A stretch of 64,000 nucleotides of DNA from assembly GCA_017609405.1 (NCBI GenBank), contig JAFCDZ010000002.1, forward strand, positions 22,593 through 86,592. Direction: 5' to 3'. The position numbers and the translations under genes are program-made. How positions within the stretch are numbered: position 1 is the stretch's first letter; each line of letters begins with the position of its first letter. Below the pieces are notes generated by a model. It ran no database searches. It saw only the letters and a list, made by a program, of their open reading frames with translations, and was not told the DNA's origin. The stretch is from Candidatus Pacearchaeota archaeon (GTDB lineage: Archaea; Nanobdellota; Nanobdellia; Pacearchaeales; GW2011-AR1). Shown piece by piece: positions 10,727 to 21,003 of this stretch.

Positions 10727-10733
10727 TTTAGGA

Positions 10734-11063
10734 TTAGTTTATGTTTTCATTTATCCATTGACGAATAGCATCTTCTGGCATCAGTCCAACAAACTCGCTC
10801 ACAATTTTTCCATCTTTGAACATTTTTACATTTGGAATACTCATTATTCCATATTCTTGGCTTTTTAACGGATTTTCATCAACATTCATCTTTGCAAGAA
10901 CAACTTTTCCTTCATTTTCTTCAGCAACTTTTTCAATTAAAGGGCCGAGCATCACACAAGGAGCACACCATGGAGCCCAAAAATCAACAATTACTGGAAT
11001 TTCTTTTGATTTTTCAATTACTTCTTGCTCAAAATTTGAATCATTAACTTCTATTTTCGCCAT
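10734..11063 (-). CDS. trx: thioredoxin (CAPC active site)
   Basis: 109 aa with WAPWCAPC and a thioredoxin-fold pattern. It is adjacent to trxB. Confidence 0.9.
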   Translation of the reverse strand: MAKIEVNDSNFEQEVIEKSKEIPVIVDFWAPWCAPCVMLGPLIEKVAEENEGKVVLAKMNVDENPLKSQEYGIMSIPNVKMFKDGKIVSEFVGLMPEDAIRQWINENIN

Positions 11064-11133
11064 AGTATCATTTGACCTTAAAAGTATATAAATGCTTCGG
11101 AATACTTATGATAAACATATATTTTTAGAAGCA

Positions 11134-11487
11134 CTACCATTGCTTTAGATACTCTTTTATTTCTTTCAAAAGCTCATTGATTATTTCATTGATTATTTTG
11201 ATTAATTTTTCTTTTTCACTTATAGAATACTCATAGAAGTAACCTCCTTTTTCAAGGTTTTTTTGCCTCTGTGTAAGCAACCCAAGTTCTCTTAATTTTT
11301 TTGTAGTTTTCTGAACAGTTGATAATCCAAGACCAAGTTCTGAGGCTATTTTTCTCGTTGATACAAATTCTTTTTTCTTTAATAAACTTTTAAGTATCTT
11401 AAATTCAGTCTTAGTAAGATTTAGACTACACCTAACAACTTCATCAATATCAAATCTTTTGCAAGCAAATTTTATCATATTCTCCAA
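11134..11487 (-). CDS. winged-helix transcriptional regulator (TrmB/MarR-like)
   Basis: HTH segment VSTRKIASELGLGLSTVQKTTKKLRELGLL followed by a wing (EKGGYFYEY). Confidence 0.6.
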   Translation of the reverse strand: MENMIKFACKRFDIDEVVRCSLNLTKTEFKILKSLLKKKEFVSTRKIASELGLGLSTVQKTTKKLRELGLLTQRQKNLEKGGYFYEYSISEKEKLIKIINEIINELLKEIKEYLKQW

Positions 11488-11508
11488 AAAGAAATTTCTT
11501 TTAAATAT

Positions 11509-12201
11509 CTATTGCCCAAGAGATTCATACTTTGTTCTAAATTTTCCTAAGCTCCATCCTTCTGCTCTTGAAACAATTTCTTCAGCAATAGCAGATGTCT
11601 CTGTATACTCTCTTTCAGCATGATTAGTATATTGTCCATTAGATTTTTTTCTTAATATAATTCTTGCACTTGCAACTAATCTTTCTAAGGGAATCCCTCT
11701 TTCTTCAAAATCTTGTGTTGTAGGAAATCTTGCTTCTTCATCACTTTCAAAAAGCGATGCCCTCTCATTTAATCTTAAATCTGCATCTTTTTTATCTCTT
11801 ATTCTATCCTCAATTAAAACTCTTAAAGCATCATATACAGAAATTATTAATCCCCTATTTCTTCTATAAAAACTTTCTTCAAGAGCTTCTACACATGAAT
11901 TTGGAAATGGTCTTCTTGGGTTTCCATTTTCATCAACTCCATACCTATTTCTAAATTCTTTTTGCCCTTTTTGAATGGAGTTTTTTATCTCTTCCTGAAG
12001 CTCTCTTTTATCATCAAATATGTCTTTTAGCCATTTTTTAAAACAACTCTCAGAACGCGGGGCATGAGAGACACCTCTGCGAAGGAGATATTTTCCAATA
12101 TCTGATTTGGGATGATGATACTCTCCAGCTTCATCAATCACAACTCCACACATCATGCACGCATATAATACCTTTCTGTCACTACTTTTCATAGATAACA
12201 T
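11509..12201 (-). CDS. hypothetical protein
   Basis: Long ORF with a plausible composition. N-terminal CMMCG..HH motif. No family recognised. Confidence 0.5.
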   Translation of the reverse strand: MLSMKSSDRKVLYACMMCGVVIDEAGEYHHPKSDIGKYLLRRGVSHAPRSESCFKKWLKDIFDDKRELQEEIKNSIQKGQKEFRNRYGVDENGNPRRPFPNSCVEALEESFYRRNRGLIISVYDALRVLIEDRIRDKKDADLRLNERASLFESDEEARFPTTQDFEERGIPLERLVASARIILRKKSNGQYTNHAEREYTETSAIAEEIVSRAEGWSLGKFRTKYESLGQ

Positions 12202-12311
12202 ATTAAATAAGGGTTTATAAATGTTTTGATAACTCTTTTCTGATGAATTAAATGTTGATGAAATTCTTGTTAATTTAAAGAATTTAAAAGTATGGGAATA
12301 ATTAAAAGAAC

Positions 12312-12533
12312 ATGAATGAGATTAGTGAGTGGGAGAAAGTAAGACACTCTGGAAAAGAAAGAGAAGCAATAGACCAATTAAGTCAGAAAATAGTTTATTT
12401 GTCTAAGGTATTTGATAAGAATGCAGAAATATCAAACAAACTTCAAAGATGGCTTATATTCTGGACGATTGTAATGGCTATTGCTGTTTTCTCTCAAGCC
12501 GTTTTAATAGGAATACAACTATTTGGAAGTTAG
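12312..12533 (+). CDS. small hypothetical membrane-anchored protein
   Basis: 73-aa ORF in an otherwise empty spacer, with one C-terminal hydrophobic helix (LIFWTIVMAIAVFSQAVLIGIQLF). Confidence 0.35.
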   Translation: MNEISEWEKVRHSGKEREAIDQLSQKIVYLSKVFDKNAEISNKLQRWLIFWTIVMAIAVFSQAVLIGIQLFGS

Positions 12534-12809
12534 GTTCTTTTGCAGAATATATTTTATCTTTAAGTTTGCTTTTGAACAGACATTACTTATTAAACAAAGT
12601 AGATAAAAAAGCTTTGCTAAAAGTTTAATTTAGACTTAGATAGGGGTTAATATCGAATATTCTTGCGAGATTCAAATGACCTATTTATCTATGTCTAACA
12701 ATACTTTTATTTGCTTAATACTATCCTCAGAGATTATTTCATTAAACCTTTAATTTTTAATAAAGCCTCTTTTCTAATTATTTATAAATAATAAAACTTT
12801 CAAAACTAT

Positions 12810-13355
12810 ATGCTCTTAATAATTAAAACAAATAAGGAAAAACTTCATGACTTGGAATTTGTCAGGCCAATTGAAGAAATAGTTTCAAATTTTGGAGAGA
12901 GATTTGTTTCTAAACATTATAATGAGCTGTCAAAAAAAGAGATTGAAAAAGCTGATAAAGTAATTATTACAGGAACTTCTTTGCAAGATGACGAGTTTTT
13001 GAAAGCTCTTTCTCAATTTGAATGGTTAAAAACATTTAATAGGCCTGTTCTGGGAATTTGTGCAGGAATGCAGATTATTTCTCTTATTTTTGGAGCAAAA
13101 CTAAAGAAGAAGACAGAGATTGGATTTTATTTTGAATTTTTTAAAAAAGAGTTTCTTGGAGCAAAAGGAAAAAAAGAAGTTTATCACTTACATAATAATT
13201 ACGCAACTCTTCCAAAAGATTTTGAAAAATTCACTACCTCTAAAATTCCCCAAGCAATCAAGCACATTTCAAAACCAATTTATGGGGTTTTATTTCATCC
13301 TGAAGTCAGAAATCAAGAAATTATTTTGGAGTTTCTAATGGAAGATTCTCCGTAA
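12810..13355 (+). CDS. class I glutamine amidotransferase (GMP synthase subunit A-like)
   Basis: Nucleophile elbow PVLGICAGMQ and a C-terminal HPE triad motif (FHPEV). 181 aa. Confidence 0.75.
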   Translation: MLLIIKTNKEKLHDLEFVRPIEEIVSNFGERFVSKHYNELSKKEIEKADKVIITGTSLQDDEFLKALSQFEWLKTFNRPVLGICAGMQIISLIFGAKLKKKTEIGFYFEFFKKEFLGAKGKKEVYHLHNNYATLPKDFEKFTTSKIPQAIKHISKPIYGVLFHPEVRNQEIILEFLMEDSP

Positions 13356-13506
13356 AAATTTCTTGTATTGATAGATAATAAAATACTCAAAAGATTCTTT
13401 TATCTTATATTTGTTGAAGTTGATTTTATTGATTATTCCTTAATTCTTGTTGATGATAACTTTTTTCAGAATTTATATACAAAAACATAAAAATGCTTAA
13501 AAACAT

Positions 13507-14388
13507 TTGAATTTTTTTAAAAATATGATTGATTTGGAAAATAGATTTTTTCATGGTGTAGGTGAAGATTCTGAATTTGTTGTAGGGAATATTCAAAGGG
13601 CTGATGATAAGGGATTATATGTGGCAGAAAGAAGGGATATCCATTCTCCTTTCTTGGGAGGTCTTTCCTATGGTTATAAGTTAAAATTAAGAGTTAATGG
13701 GAATGAAGTTAGAGGTTATTCATTCTCCAATATGTTAGTGAATACTAGTGGAAAAATATCACGGGTTGATCCTCGTCAGTTTGCCTCTGCTTCATATCTT
13801 TTTCAAGGGTTTATTATGGGGGAGGGGGAGATTCTTAGGATTGAAGGTCTTGAACAATTAGCTAGTGAACTTACTGGTATAGATGGCCGTGTCTATCAAA
13901 AATTAGTTTATTTGAAATTAAAAGGGGACGATTCTTCTTATAGAGAACTAATTAATCAGCTGTCTTCTGGTGAAAATATTGAAATACCTGAAGAAGCAGC
14001 GAAATTAAATAGTGAATTAAAATCTATGGATAATCAAAGAAATGTTGAATCAGCTGAGATAGAAGTTTATGAAGAATTAGTTGATAGACTATTTGGTAGG
14101 GAATTCTTCAGTGTTGGAAATCCTTTAAGATGTATGATAGAGAAGAAATCCTCTATATGGGGTCTGCGTGAAGATGGGAGTAGTTATTCTCAGACTTGTC
14201 ATCCTAAGTTCGTTTCATTAGGAGAGATTCCTGAAGCTACTTCTTTTGACGATGTCCTTCATAAACCATCTGAAGAAGAGGTTATAAGAATTCGTTCTTT
14301 ATTACGACGAAAGAAGGGTCATGTAGTTAGTCTAAGGAATTATATAAACTATCCAGGAATAGATGACTTCAGGAGAAGTGTTCTTTAA
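13507..14388 (+). CDS. hypothetical protein
   Basis: 293-aa ORF. The start is uncertain (TTG at 13507 or ATG at 13525). No family recognised. Confidence 0.5.
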   Translation: MNFFKNMIDLENRFFHGVGEDSEFVVGNIQRADDKGLYVAERRDIHSPFLGGLSYGYKLKLRVNGNEVRGYSFSNMLVNTSGKISRVDPRQFASASYLFQGFIMGEGEILRIEGLEQLASELTGIDGRVYQKLVYLKLKGDDSSYRELINQLSSGENIEIPEEAAKLNSELKSMDNQRNVESAEIEVYEELVDRLFGREFFSVGNPLRCMIEKKSSIWGLREDGSSYSQTCHPKFVSLGEIPEATSFDDVLHKPSEEEVIRIRSLLRRKKGHVVSLRNYINYPGIDDFRRSVL

Positions 14389-14561
14389 TAGTTGAATTAG
14401 CTTTCTTCAGAGAATGCTCTAAACTTTTAAATTGGATGTCTAAGTTTGATTAATTCTTGCTTATTAGAATTATTCTCATAATTTAAATGTTCTTAATAGG
14501 AAGGTATTATTAGAAAAATCCTCTACGAACCATTTTTAAATCCTTTTCATTTTTTATTTTT

Positions 14562-15782
14562 ATGAATAGCAAAACAAAAAAGAAAAAATATGAGTTAATG
14601 GCTCCTGCAGGGGATTTCCCGACGCTTTATGCTGCAATTAATGCAGAAGCAGATGCAGTTTATTTTGGGCTAAAAGAATTTTCAATGAGAGCAAATGCAA
14701 AAAATTTTACTCTTAAGGAATTAGATAAAATAAATAAACTATGTAATGAAAAGGGAGTTAAAAAATACCTGACTCTTAACACAATTATTTATGATAATGA
14801 AATAAAAAAACTTGAGAAAATAATTAAGAAAATAAAAGGAAAAGTTGATGCAGTAATTTGCTGGGATTTAGCAGTAATAAACCTATGTAAAAAATATAAG
14901 ATTCCTTTTTTTATTTCAACCCAAGCATCTGTTTCAAATTCAGAAGCAGCTAAATTTTATAAAAAACTTGGAGCAAAAAGAATTGTCTTAGCAAGAGAGT
15001 TAAATTTAAAACAAATTAAAAAAATTTCAAAAATAAAAGGATTGGAAATTGAGTGCTTTGCTCATGGAGCAATGTGCGTTGCTGTTTCTGGAAGATGTTT
15101 CATGTCTCAATTTTTATTTAATCGCTCAGCAAATAGGGGGCAATGCATCCAGCCATGCAGAAGAGAATATATTATTAAAGATACTCAGCAAGGATATGAA
15201 CTAAAATTAGAGAATCACCATGTTTTGTCTGCAAAAGATTTATGCACTCTTCCTTTTATTGAAAAATTGAAAAAAGCAGGAATCACTTCTTTTAAAATTG
15301 AGGGAAGAAATAGAGACCCAAGATATGTAGATGTTGTAACAAGAGTTTATAGAAAAGCACTTGATAAAAAACTTTCAAAACAAGAAATCCAGGAATTAAT
15401 TGAAGAGCTTAAAAAAGTTTATAATAAGAAATTTTCTTCAGGATTTTATTTTGGAACCCCAACAGCAGATGATTTTTCTGATATACAGCACTCAGCAGCA
15501 ACAGAAAAAAAACATTTTGTTGGGAAAATAACTCATTATTATCCAAAAATAAGGGTGGCAAAAGTAAAAGTTTCTTCTGAAATAAAAGTAGGAGATAAAA
15601 TAGCTATAATAGGAAAAGATTTAGGTATAATAAACACTTCTGTAGAATCAATGCAAATAGAACATAAAAAAATAGAAAAAGCTGAAAAAGGGCAAGAGGT
15701 TGGGATAAAATTCAAGACAGACAAAAAACTAAAGAAAAATTACGAAATATATAAAATAATAAAAAATAAAAATATCTTTTAA
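14562..15782 (+). CDS. peptidase U32 family protein
   Basis: N-terminal ELMAPAGD..AAI.AEADAVYFG pattern, a central Cys cluster (CxxxxxGRC..C..PC) and a C-terminal beta-barrel-like domain, all typical of U32. Confidence 0.8.
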   Translation: MNSKTKKKKYELMAPAGDFPTLYAAINAEADAVYFGLKEFSMRANAKNFTLKELDKINKLCNEKGVKKYLTLNTIIYDNEIKKLEKIIKKIKGKVDAVICWDLAVINLCKKYKIPFFISTQASVSNSEAAKFYKKLGAKRIVLARELNLKQIKKISKIKGLEIECFAHGAMCVAVSGRCFMSQFLFNRSANRGQCIQPCRREYIIKDTQQGYELKLENHHVLSAKDLCTLPFIEKLKKAGITSFKIEGRNRDPRYVDVVTRVYRKALDKKLSKQEIQELIEELKKVYNKKFSSGFYFGTPTADDFSDIQHSAATEKKHFVGKITHYYPKIRVAKVKVSSEIKVGDKIAIIGKDLGIINTSVESMQIEHKKIEKAEKGQEVGIKFKTDKKLKKNYEIYKIIKNKNIF

Positions 15783-15820
15783 ACACAAAGATTTATAAGC
15801 TACTTTAGAGTGATAAAAAT

Positions 15821-16648
15821 ATGAAAAACCTCTTATCTAAGTTAAAAGTAGCAACTGGGGCATTTGCTTTAGGAGCGCTTCCAGTTATTGCCCAGCCACT
15901 TGATGAAAGTAATATTTCTAATGGAAGAATTTCTCCAAAGACCTCTTTAGAACTAAGAATCCCTTTTCAGAATTATGAAAGAGTTCCAAATTTTAAAGAG
16001 CAATTAGCCCAAACAGCAGTTAAAAATTTTTTAGATAATGAAGACCTCCTATCAGCAAAAGAATTTATGAGGTACTTGTCATCTATAGATGATCCTCAAA
16101 CCCTTGCTTTATGGGGGCAGTATTATTTTTTATCTGGAAGAAGCGGCCTTTCAAAAAAATATTTGTATGATTCTTTACAAAGAGATCCAAATAATCCAAA
16201 TACATTAAATCTTCTTGCAGTTTATCATCTTCATTTTGGCCCTGAAAATGGAGCAGAATTAGCATTAGATTATCTAAATCGCGCCATTAGGTTATCACCA
16301 GATGAGCCTGTTTATTATTTTAATAGGGCATTGACATTTGAGCTTTTTATGGAAGATTTCCAAAACGCCTTAAGTGATTTTAGGACTGCTTTCAATCTTT
16401 ATAGAGATAACAACAGAGAAAGAGCGAAAATGGCAGACCATATTGCAGGCCTTTATTTTGACTCAACTTATAATGAAAAAAGACTTAAAGACAGTGGGTT
16501 GACAAAACAAGAACTTTTAAGAGAATCTATTAAATGGTGGGAAACTGAGTTAAGATTATTGCCAAAAGACACTAAAGAAATGAAGATAAGAGCAATAAAA
16601 AATAGAATAAGAATTTCAAAGGAGCTTCTCAAGAAATTTAATCCCTAA
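15821..16648 (+). CDS. secreted TPR-repeat protein
   Basis: Signal-peptide-like N-terminus (LKVATGAFALGALPVIAQP) and several TPR-like helical repeats (ALDYLNRAIRLSPDEPVYYFNRAL...). Confidence 0.6.
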   Translation: MKNLLSKLKVATGAFALGALPVIAQPLDESNISNGRISPKTSLELRIPFQNYERVPNFKEQLAQTAVKNFLDNEDLLSAKEFMRYLSSIDDPQTLALWGQYYFLSGRSGLSKKYLYDSLQRDPNNPNTLNLLAVYHLHFGPENGAELALDYLNRAIRLSPDEPVYYFNRALTFELFMEDFQNALSDFRTAFNLYRDNNRERAKMADHIAGLYFDSTYNEKRLKDSGLTKQELLRESIKWWETELRLLPKDTKEMKIRAIKNRIRISKELLKKFNP

Positions 16649-17852
16649 ACCTATCCATTAACTCAAAAAAATCTTTTTTATCAATAACTTTGTCAACTTC
16701 TGAAAGTCCTCTTTGCTCTGCTATTTTCCAAAATACTTGTGGAGGATATTTTTTTGTTTTTCTCAAAGAAGCAATTGTTGGAAGTTTTTCATCATCCCAT
16801 CCAGAATATTTTCCATCAAGAACATCTTTTGTAATTTGAGATGAAGAAAGCTTTAAACCTTTAATGTGCCATCTTCCTAAAAATCCAGACCAAGGATATT
16901 TTTTTCCTAAACTCTCAAAAATCATTTTTTGCCTTTCAGCATTGTCTCTGTGGTCTTTTGCCCTGATAATATGAGTCATTTTCATTTCAATATCATCAAC
17001 AGAAACTGATAAATTCATCAATGGCCATACAGAATATTTTTCTCCAACTCTTGGGTGTTTTGCTTCATTTATTCTTGCCAATGGAAAATCTCTCATAGCA
17101 GGATTTTTATGATTCATCCCACCATATTTTTCTGGTGTCTTAAACCTGACAACTGCTTCTCCTTGCTTGAATTCTTTATTAAGCATTTTTTTCCATCTTT
17201 CTAAATTTTCTTTAACAGAAAGAGCTCTGCAAGGACAAGGCTTTTTTTCTTTGACATATTCTCTAAACTCCTCAGAACTGCAAGTGCAGACATAAGCAGA
17301 ATTTTTTTTAATTAACTCTTCTATATACTTATAATAAATTTCCATTCTATCAGATTGAATAACAATCTCGCAGTTTCCTTCACAAAGCCATTTTGAATCT
17401 TCTTCAATTAATTTATATGCTTTTGGATAAATATTCTCAGGGTTTGTGTCTTCAATTCTTATATACAATTTTCCCCCATATTTTTTTACATAATCATAAT
17501 TTAAAGCAAGTGTTAAAGCATGTCCAAAATGAAGCCCTCCAGAAGGAGAAGGAGCAAATCTCATTATTACTCCAGTTTTAGGAACATCAGGAAGTTCAGG
17601 CAACCCTTCTCTAACCTCTCTTTCTGAAATCAGCTCTTTTAATTCTTCAAATTCTTTTTTCTGCTCTTCAATATTTAATTTATTAACCTCTCCAACAATT
17701 TCAGAAATTTTCTTTCCATATTTTTTCATATCTTCTTTTTTTAATCCCTCAGCAAATAATGAAGAAACAACTGCTCCAACAATTGCTTTTCCTTTGTGAG
17801 CAATAGCATTTTTCAACGCATAAGCTTTCGCTTTTTTTTCAAACTCTTTCAT
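16638..17852 (-). CDS. glutamyl-tRNA synthetase-like class I catalytic core lacking the C-terminal anticodon-binding region (404 aa)
   Basis: HIGH motif in RFAPSPSGGLHFGHA, an archaeal/eukaryal Glx-RS core (IRIEDTNP, WPLMNLSVSVDD) and a KMSKS-like LKLSSS. The protein ends about 60 aa after that motif. Confidence 0.75.
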   Translation of the reverse strand: MKEFEKKAKAYALKNAIAHKGKAIVGAVVSSLFAEGLKKEDMKKYGKKISEIVGEVNKLNIEEQKKEFEELKELISEREVREGLPELPDVPKTGVIMRFAPSPSGGLHFGHALTLALNYDYVKKYGGKLYIRIEDTNPENIYPKAYKLIEEDSKWLCEGNCEIVIQSDRMEIYYKYIEELIKKNSAYVCTCSSEEFREYVKEKKPCPCRALSVKENLERWKKMLNKEFKQGEAVVRFKTPEKYGGMNHKNPAMRDFPLARINEAKHPRVGEKYSVWPLMNLSVSVDDIEMKMTHIIRAKDHRDNAERQKMIFESLGKKYPWSGFLGRWHIKGLKLSSSQITKDVLDGKYSGWDDEKLPTIASLRKTKKYPPQVFWKIAEQRGLSEVDKVIDKKDFFELMDRFRD

Positions 17853-17926
17853 ATAAAAATAATCTAAATTTAATTAATAAACTTAACTATATAAATCTTT
17901 AAAATATTAATAAACATAGTAAAAAC

Positions 17927-18277
17927 ATGACAAGATTATATGTTGCAAGTTTTCAAGAGGACCCTCATAGGAGGTCAATACAAACTTGGGATGGTGATTT
18001 AACAAGAAGGTTAAATAAGTTTCCACAAATACCTCTTTGCTTTATAGAACAAAATGAGATGTATATTCTCCCTTTAGTTGAGGGGCTTTTAATGAAAAGA
18101 GGACCACAACCAATATTTGTACCTCTTGATTCTTGGAATTATGAAAAAAATTTGATAAAATTCTACAAAGATGTAAGAGGTCAGGAGATTCTTCAGGTTC
18201 TTTTAACAGTATCTTATGATGATTTCAGCTCAAAATTGAGGGATAAAGGTTATCAAATTGAATTATTAGAATTTTAA
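17927..18277 (+). CDS. hypothetical protein
   Basis: 116-aa ORF with no recognised family. Confidence 0.45.
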   Translation: MTRLYVASFQEDPHRRSIQTWDGDLTRRLNKFPQIPLCFIEQNEMYILPLVEGLLMKRGPQPIFVPLDSWNYEKNLIKFYKDVRGQEILQVLLTVSYDDFSSKLRDKGYQIELLEF

Positions 18278-19011
18278 TTATAATCTCTTCTTTCTAAAAT
18301 CTTAATTATTTGTTTTCCTAAGTTTTTTCCAGACCTATGATCGCTTGGAGAACCAGATATGCCTAATGAATAGCCATCAGGAAAGATAAGTTTCACATGC
18401 CCTCTTTTTCCACCCTTACCTTTTGTTTCTCTTTGGACCCTTATAGAATATTTTCTTAATACCCTATTCTGATTTTTACTCAATACACCATGTCTTGGAT
18501 ATTCTCTAAATGCTTCTGTTATCTCTCTTTTTTCTTCTTGCGTTAATCTTTCTTTTCTTTCTTCTTGAGGAATTTCTTTACCAAAAATTCTTAAAAATTC
18601 TCTAACAGCTTCTTCAGAATTAGGATTCTTTTGAAGTATTCTCTCAAGTTCTGGCACATAGATATCTTTCATTAATTCATATATCCCAGGGTCTTCTATT
18701 TTTAATCTTTCTAAGTAATCCTTTAATTGTTTTGAATCAATTTCATTTTTTCTATTAAAATCAGGAACTCCTGTCCTTAAGAAATATCTTTTATTATCGC
18801 CTTCACCAGATGACCAAACCTTTAATTCCAAGGAATCAGACATCATTAAGCCAAGACCTATTGAAAAAAAGACCAAACCAATTAAACTAATCAAAAATCT
18901 TACAAGGGATAATTCTTCTTTTAGAGCAAGAAAATTTCCTGTTATTGTTAATTTATTCCCAATAAATATCGTTCCTATTAAAATAAGAATGATTCCAATT
19001 TCTCTTTTCAT
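18274..19011 (-). CDS. hypothetical membrane-anchored protein
   Basis: Two N-terminal hydrophobic helices followed by a charged soluble domain. No family recognised. Confidence 0.5.
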   Translation of the reverse strand: MKREIGIILILIGTIFIGNKLTITGNFLALKEELSLVRFLISLIGLVFFSIGLGLMMSDSLELKVWSSGEGDNKRYFLRTGVPDFNRKNEIDSKQLKDYLERLKIEDPGIYELMKDIYVPELERILQKNPNSEEAVREFLRIFGKEIPQEERKERLTQEEKREITEAFREYPRHGVLSKNQNRVLRKYSIRVQRETKGKGGKRGHVKLIFPDGYSLGISGSPSDHRSGKNLGKQIIKILERRDYN

Positions 19012-19168
19012 ATCTAAAGAACTATTTTTTTATTTTAAAATCTTATTCTTAAATTATCTTTTACATACTTAGCCAACATAGAAATATCTGATATTTGCTA
19101 AGCAATAAAATACAAACCACTAACTAAGCCATTTAAAATAAAATAAACAAAAAACAAAAAATCTTCTC

Positions 19169-19630
19169 TTATGAAACAGATTCTATATTTTCATAGAATC
19201 TCTCTTTTTCACAATATCTTTTTACTCCTGTGTTATCTTCGAAAAAAGCTATTGCACTAACTTTTTCAATAGTTGCATCACCTTTAACATTTATATTCAC
19301 CTTAATTTCATCAAGGGGTTTTATCTCTCCTTCATAGATAGTACTATTAATCTGCCCCTCTTGAGAATAGGCAATTACTTTAACCCCTGCAGGATTGTCT
19401 GCACTACTGTCTGTTCTCTTAATTCTTACTTCTACAATCCCGCTAGTGGTATTGTATTCTCCAGAAATTGGTTTTACCTCAACAAGGAGGCATTTATTGG
19501 TGATATCTATTTGAGAGGTTCCTTTTTCAATCATAGGGCCAACAACAACCCATATAGTTGCAATAGCCACTAACACAAGAAGCACAATTATCAATGTTGA
19601 TACAACAGCGGATAAACCTCTTCTTTTCAT
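19169..19630 (-). CDS. archaeal type IV pilin-like protein (class III signal peptide)
   Basis: N-terminus MKRRG/LSAVVSTLIIVLLVLVAIATIWVV: a basic residue then G, a cleavage-type junction, then a hydrophobic helix. Confidence 0.75.
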   Translation of the reverse strand: MKRRGLSAVVSTLIIVLLVLVAIATIWVVVGPMIEKGTSQIDITNKCLLVEVKPISGEYNTTSGIVEVRIKRTDSSADNPAGVKVIAYSQEGQINSTIYEGEIKPLDEIKVNINVKGDATIEKVSAIAFFEDNTGVKRYCEKERFYENIESVS

Positions 19631-19756
19631 CTCACACCTCCTTTCATATATTTACTTAAATTTTAAAAGAATCGTCTATTTAAAAACTTTTTTATGGCCT
19701 TTTTCTATTTTTAAAGTTTGCGCAGAGTTTAAAAAGCATGTAGGATTGGTATTTCT

Positions 19757-20947
19757 ATGAAAATATGTATGGTATGTCCATCATACCCTCCGCGTGAAGT
19801 TTCAGGTGCAACAAGATACTATACAGATGTGGCGAGAAAGTTCTCTGAGAGAGGGATTTCTGTTGATGTAATAACTTTTCTTGGAAATGATATGAAAAAA
19901 AGTGTAAAAAAAGATGGAAAAGTTACAGTACATAGATTGCCTTATATGGAGTGGGTTGATAAAAAGGACTTAGAGAATAAATCAAAGAAACTTTTTAGAT
20001 ATCTTGATAGGTTGATAAAGCGAAAAAATATTGATTTGATTTCATCACAGCATCTTTATTCTTGGGGTGCTCTCGGTCCAGGTTATTCTCTTGCTACAAA
20101 TCTTGCTTCAATACATCATAAGATTCCAAATATTTTAACAATACATACAGATTTATCTGATGATCCAGAAAATATAAATAACATACCCATAAAGCACTTG
20201 TTCTGGAACAAAATAATTGCAGTCAGTAAAAATAGTGCAGAAAAAGTTCATTCTCTTGGAGTTCCAATTAAAAAAATTGTAGATATCTATCCTGGAGTTG
20301 ATTTAGAGAAATTTAGGCCAGATCTTGGAAAGAAATGGTTAAGAAGTAGGATAGATGTTAAGGAAACAGATATCTTGGTTTTATTTGCTGGAAGAATTAC
20401 TGATGCTAAAGGTGTTCCAGAGTTATTAAAGGCATTTTCAGTGGTTGTTAGGGAAAATAAAAATGTTAAACTATTGCTTGCTGCTGGAAGAGCTCCATAT
20501 CTTGGAACAGAGGAAGAATTTCAACAATTAATTCAGAATACTTATGAAAAAGCAAAAATTTTAGGGATAAGGGATAATATAATTATTCAACCGTTTAGGT
20601 TGGAGGAAATGCCTTTTGTATATAATGGAGCAGATATTTTTGTTCTTCCTTCAAGAAGGGAGGGATTTGGTCTAGTTTATGTAGAAGCTATGGCTTGCGG
20701 ACTTCCTGTTATTGGAACAAGCACAGGAGGTGTTCCAGAAATTATTACTAATGAAAAAGATGGTTTTTTAGTCCCTCCTGAAGATGCAACAGAACTTGCA
20801 AAGAAAATTGAATTTCTCGTAAAAAATGAAAAGCGAAGAAAGCAAATGGGTTCAGCAGGGATTGAGAAAGTTAAACAGAACTTTGATTTGGACAAAAAAA
20901 TTGAAAAATTGATTGGTGTTTATAGTTCAACATTAAAAAAGAAATAA
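19757..20947 (+). CDS. GT4-family (GT-B fold) glycosyltransferase
   Basis: C-terminal block PSRREGFGLVYVEAMACGLPVIGTSTGGVPEII..DGFLV, the EX7E-type motif. Confidence 0.85.
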   Translation: MKICMVCPSYPPREVSGATRYYTDVARKFSERGISVDVITFLGNDMKKSVKKDGKVTVHRLPYMEWVDKKDLENKSKKLFRYLDRLIKRKNIDLISSQHLYSWGALGPGYSLATNLASIHHKIPNILTIHTDLSDDPENINNIPIKHLFWNKIIAVSKNSAEKVHSLGVPIKKIVDIYPGVDLEKFRPDLGKKWLRSRIDVKETDILVLFAGRITDAKGVPELLKAFSVVVRENKNVKLLLAAGRAPYLGTEEEFQQLIQNTYEKAKILGIRDNIIIQPFRLEEMPFVYNGADIFVLPSRREGFGLVYVEAMACGLPVIGTSTGGVPEIITNEKDGFLVPPEDATELAKKIEFLVKNEKRRKQMGSAGIEKVKQNFDLDKKIEKLIGVYSSTLKKK

Positions 20948-21003
20948 TTCTCTAATGAATAGAAAGATTTAAAAGAGAGGAATTGTTTCTCCGAATAGTT
21001 AAA

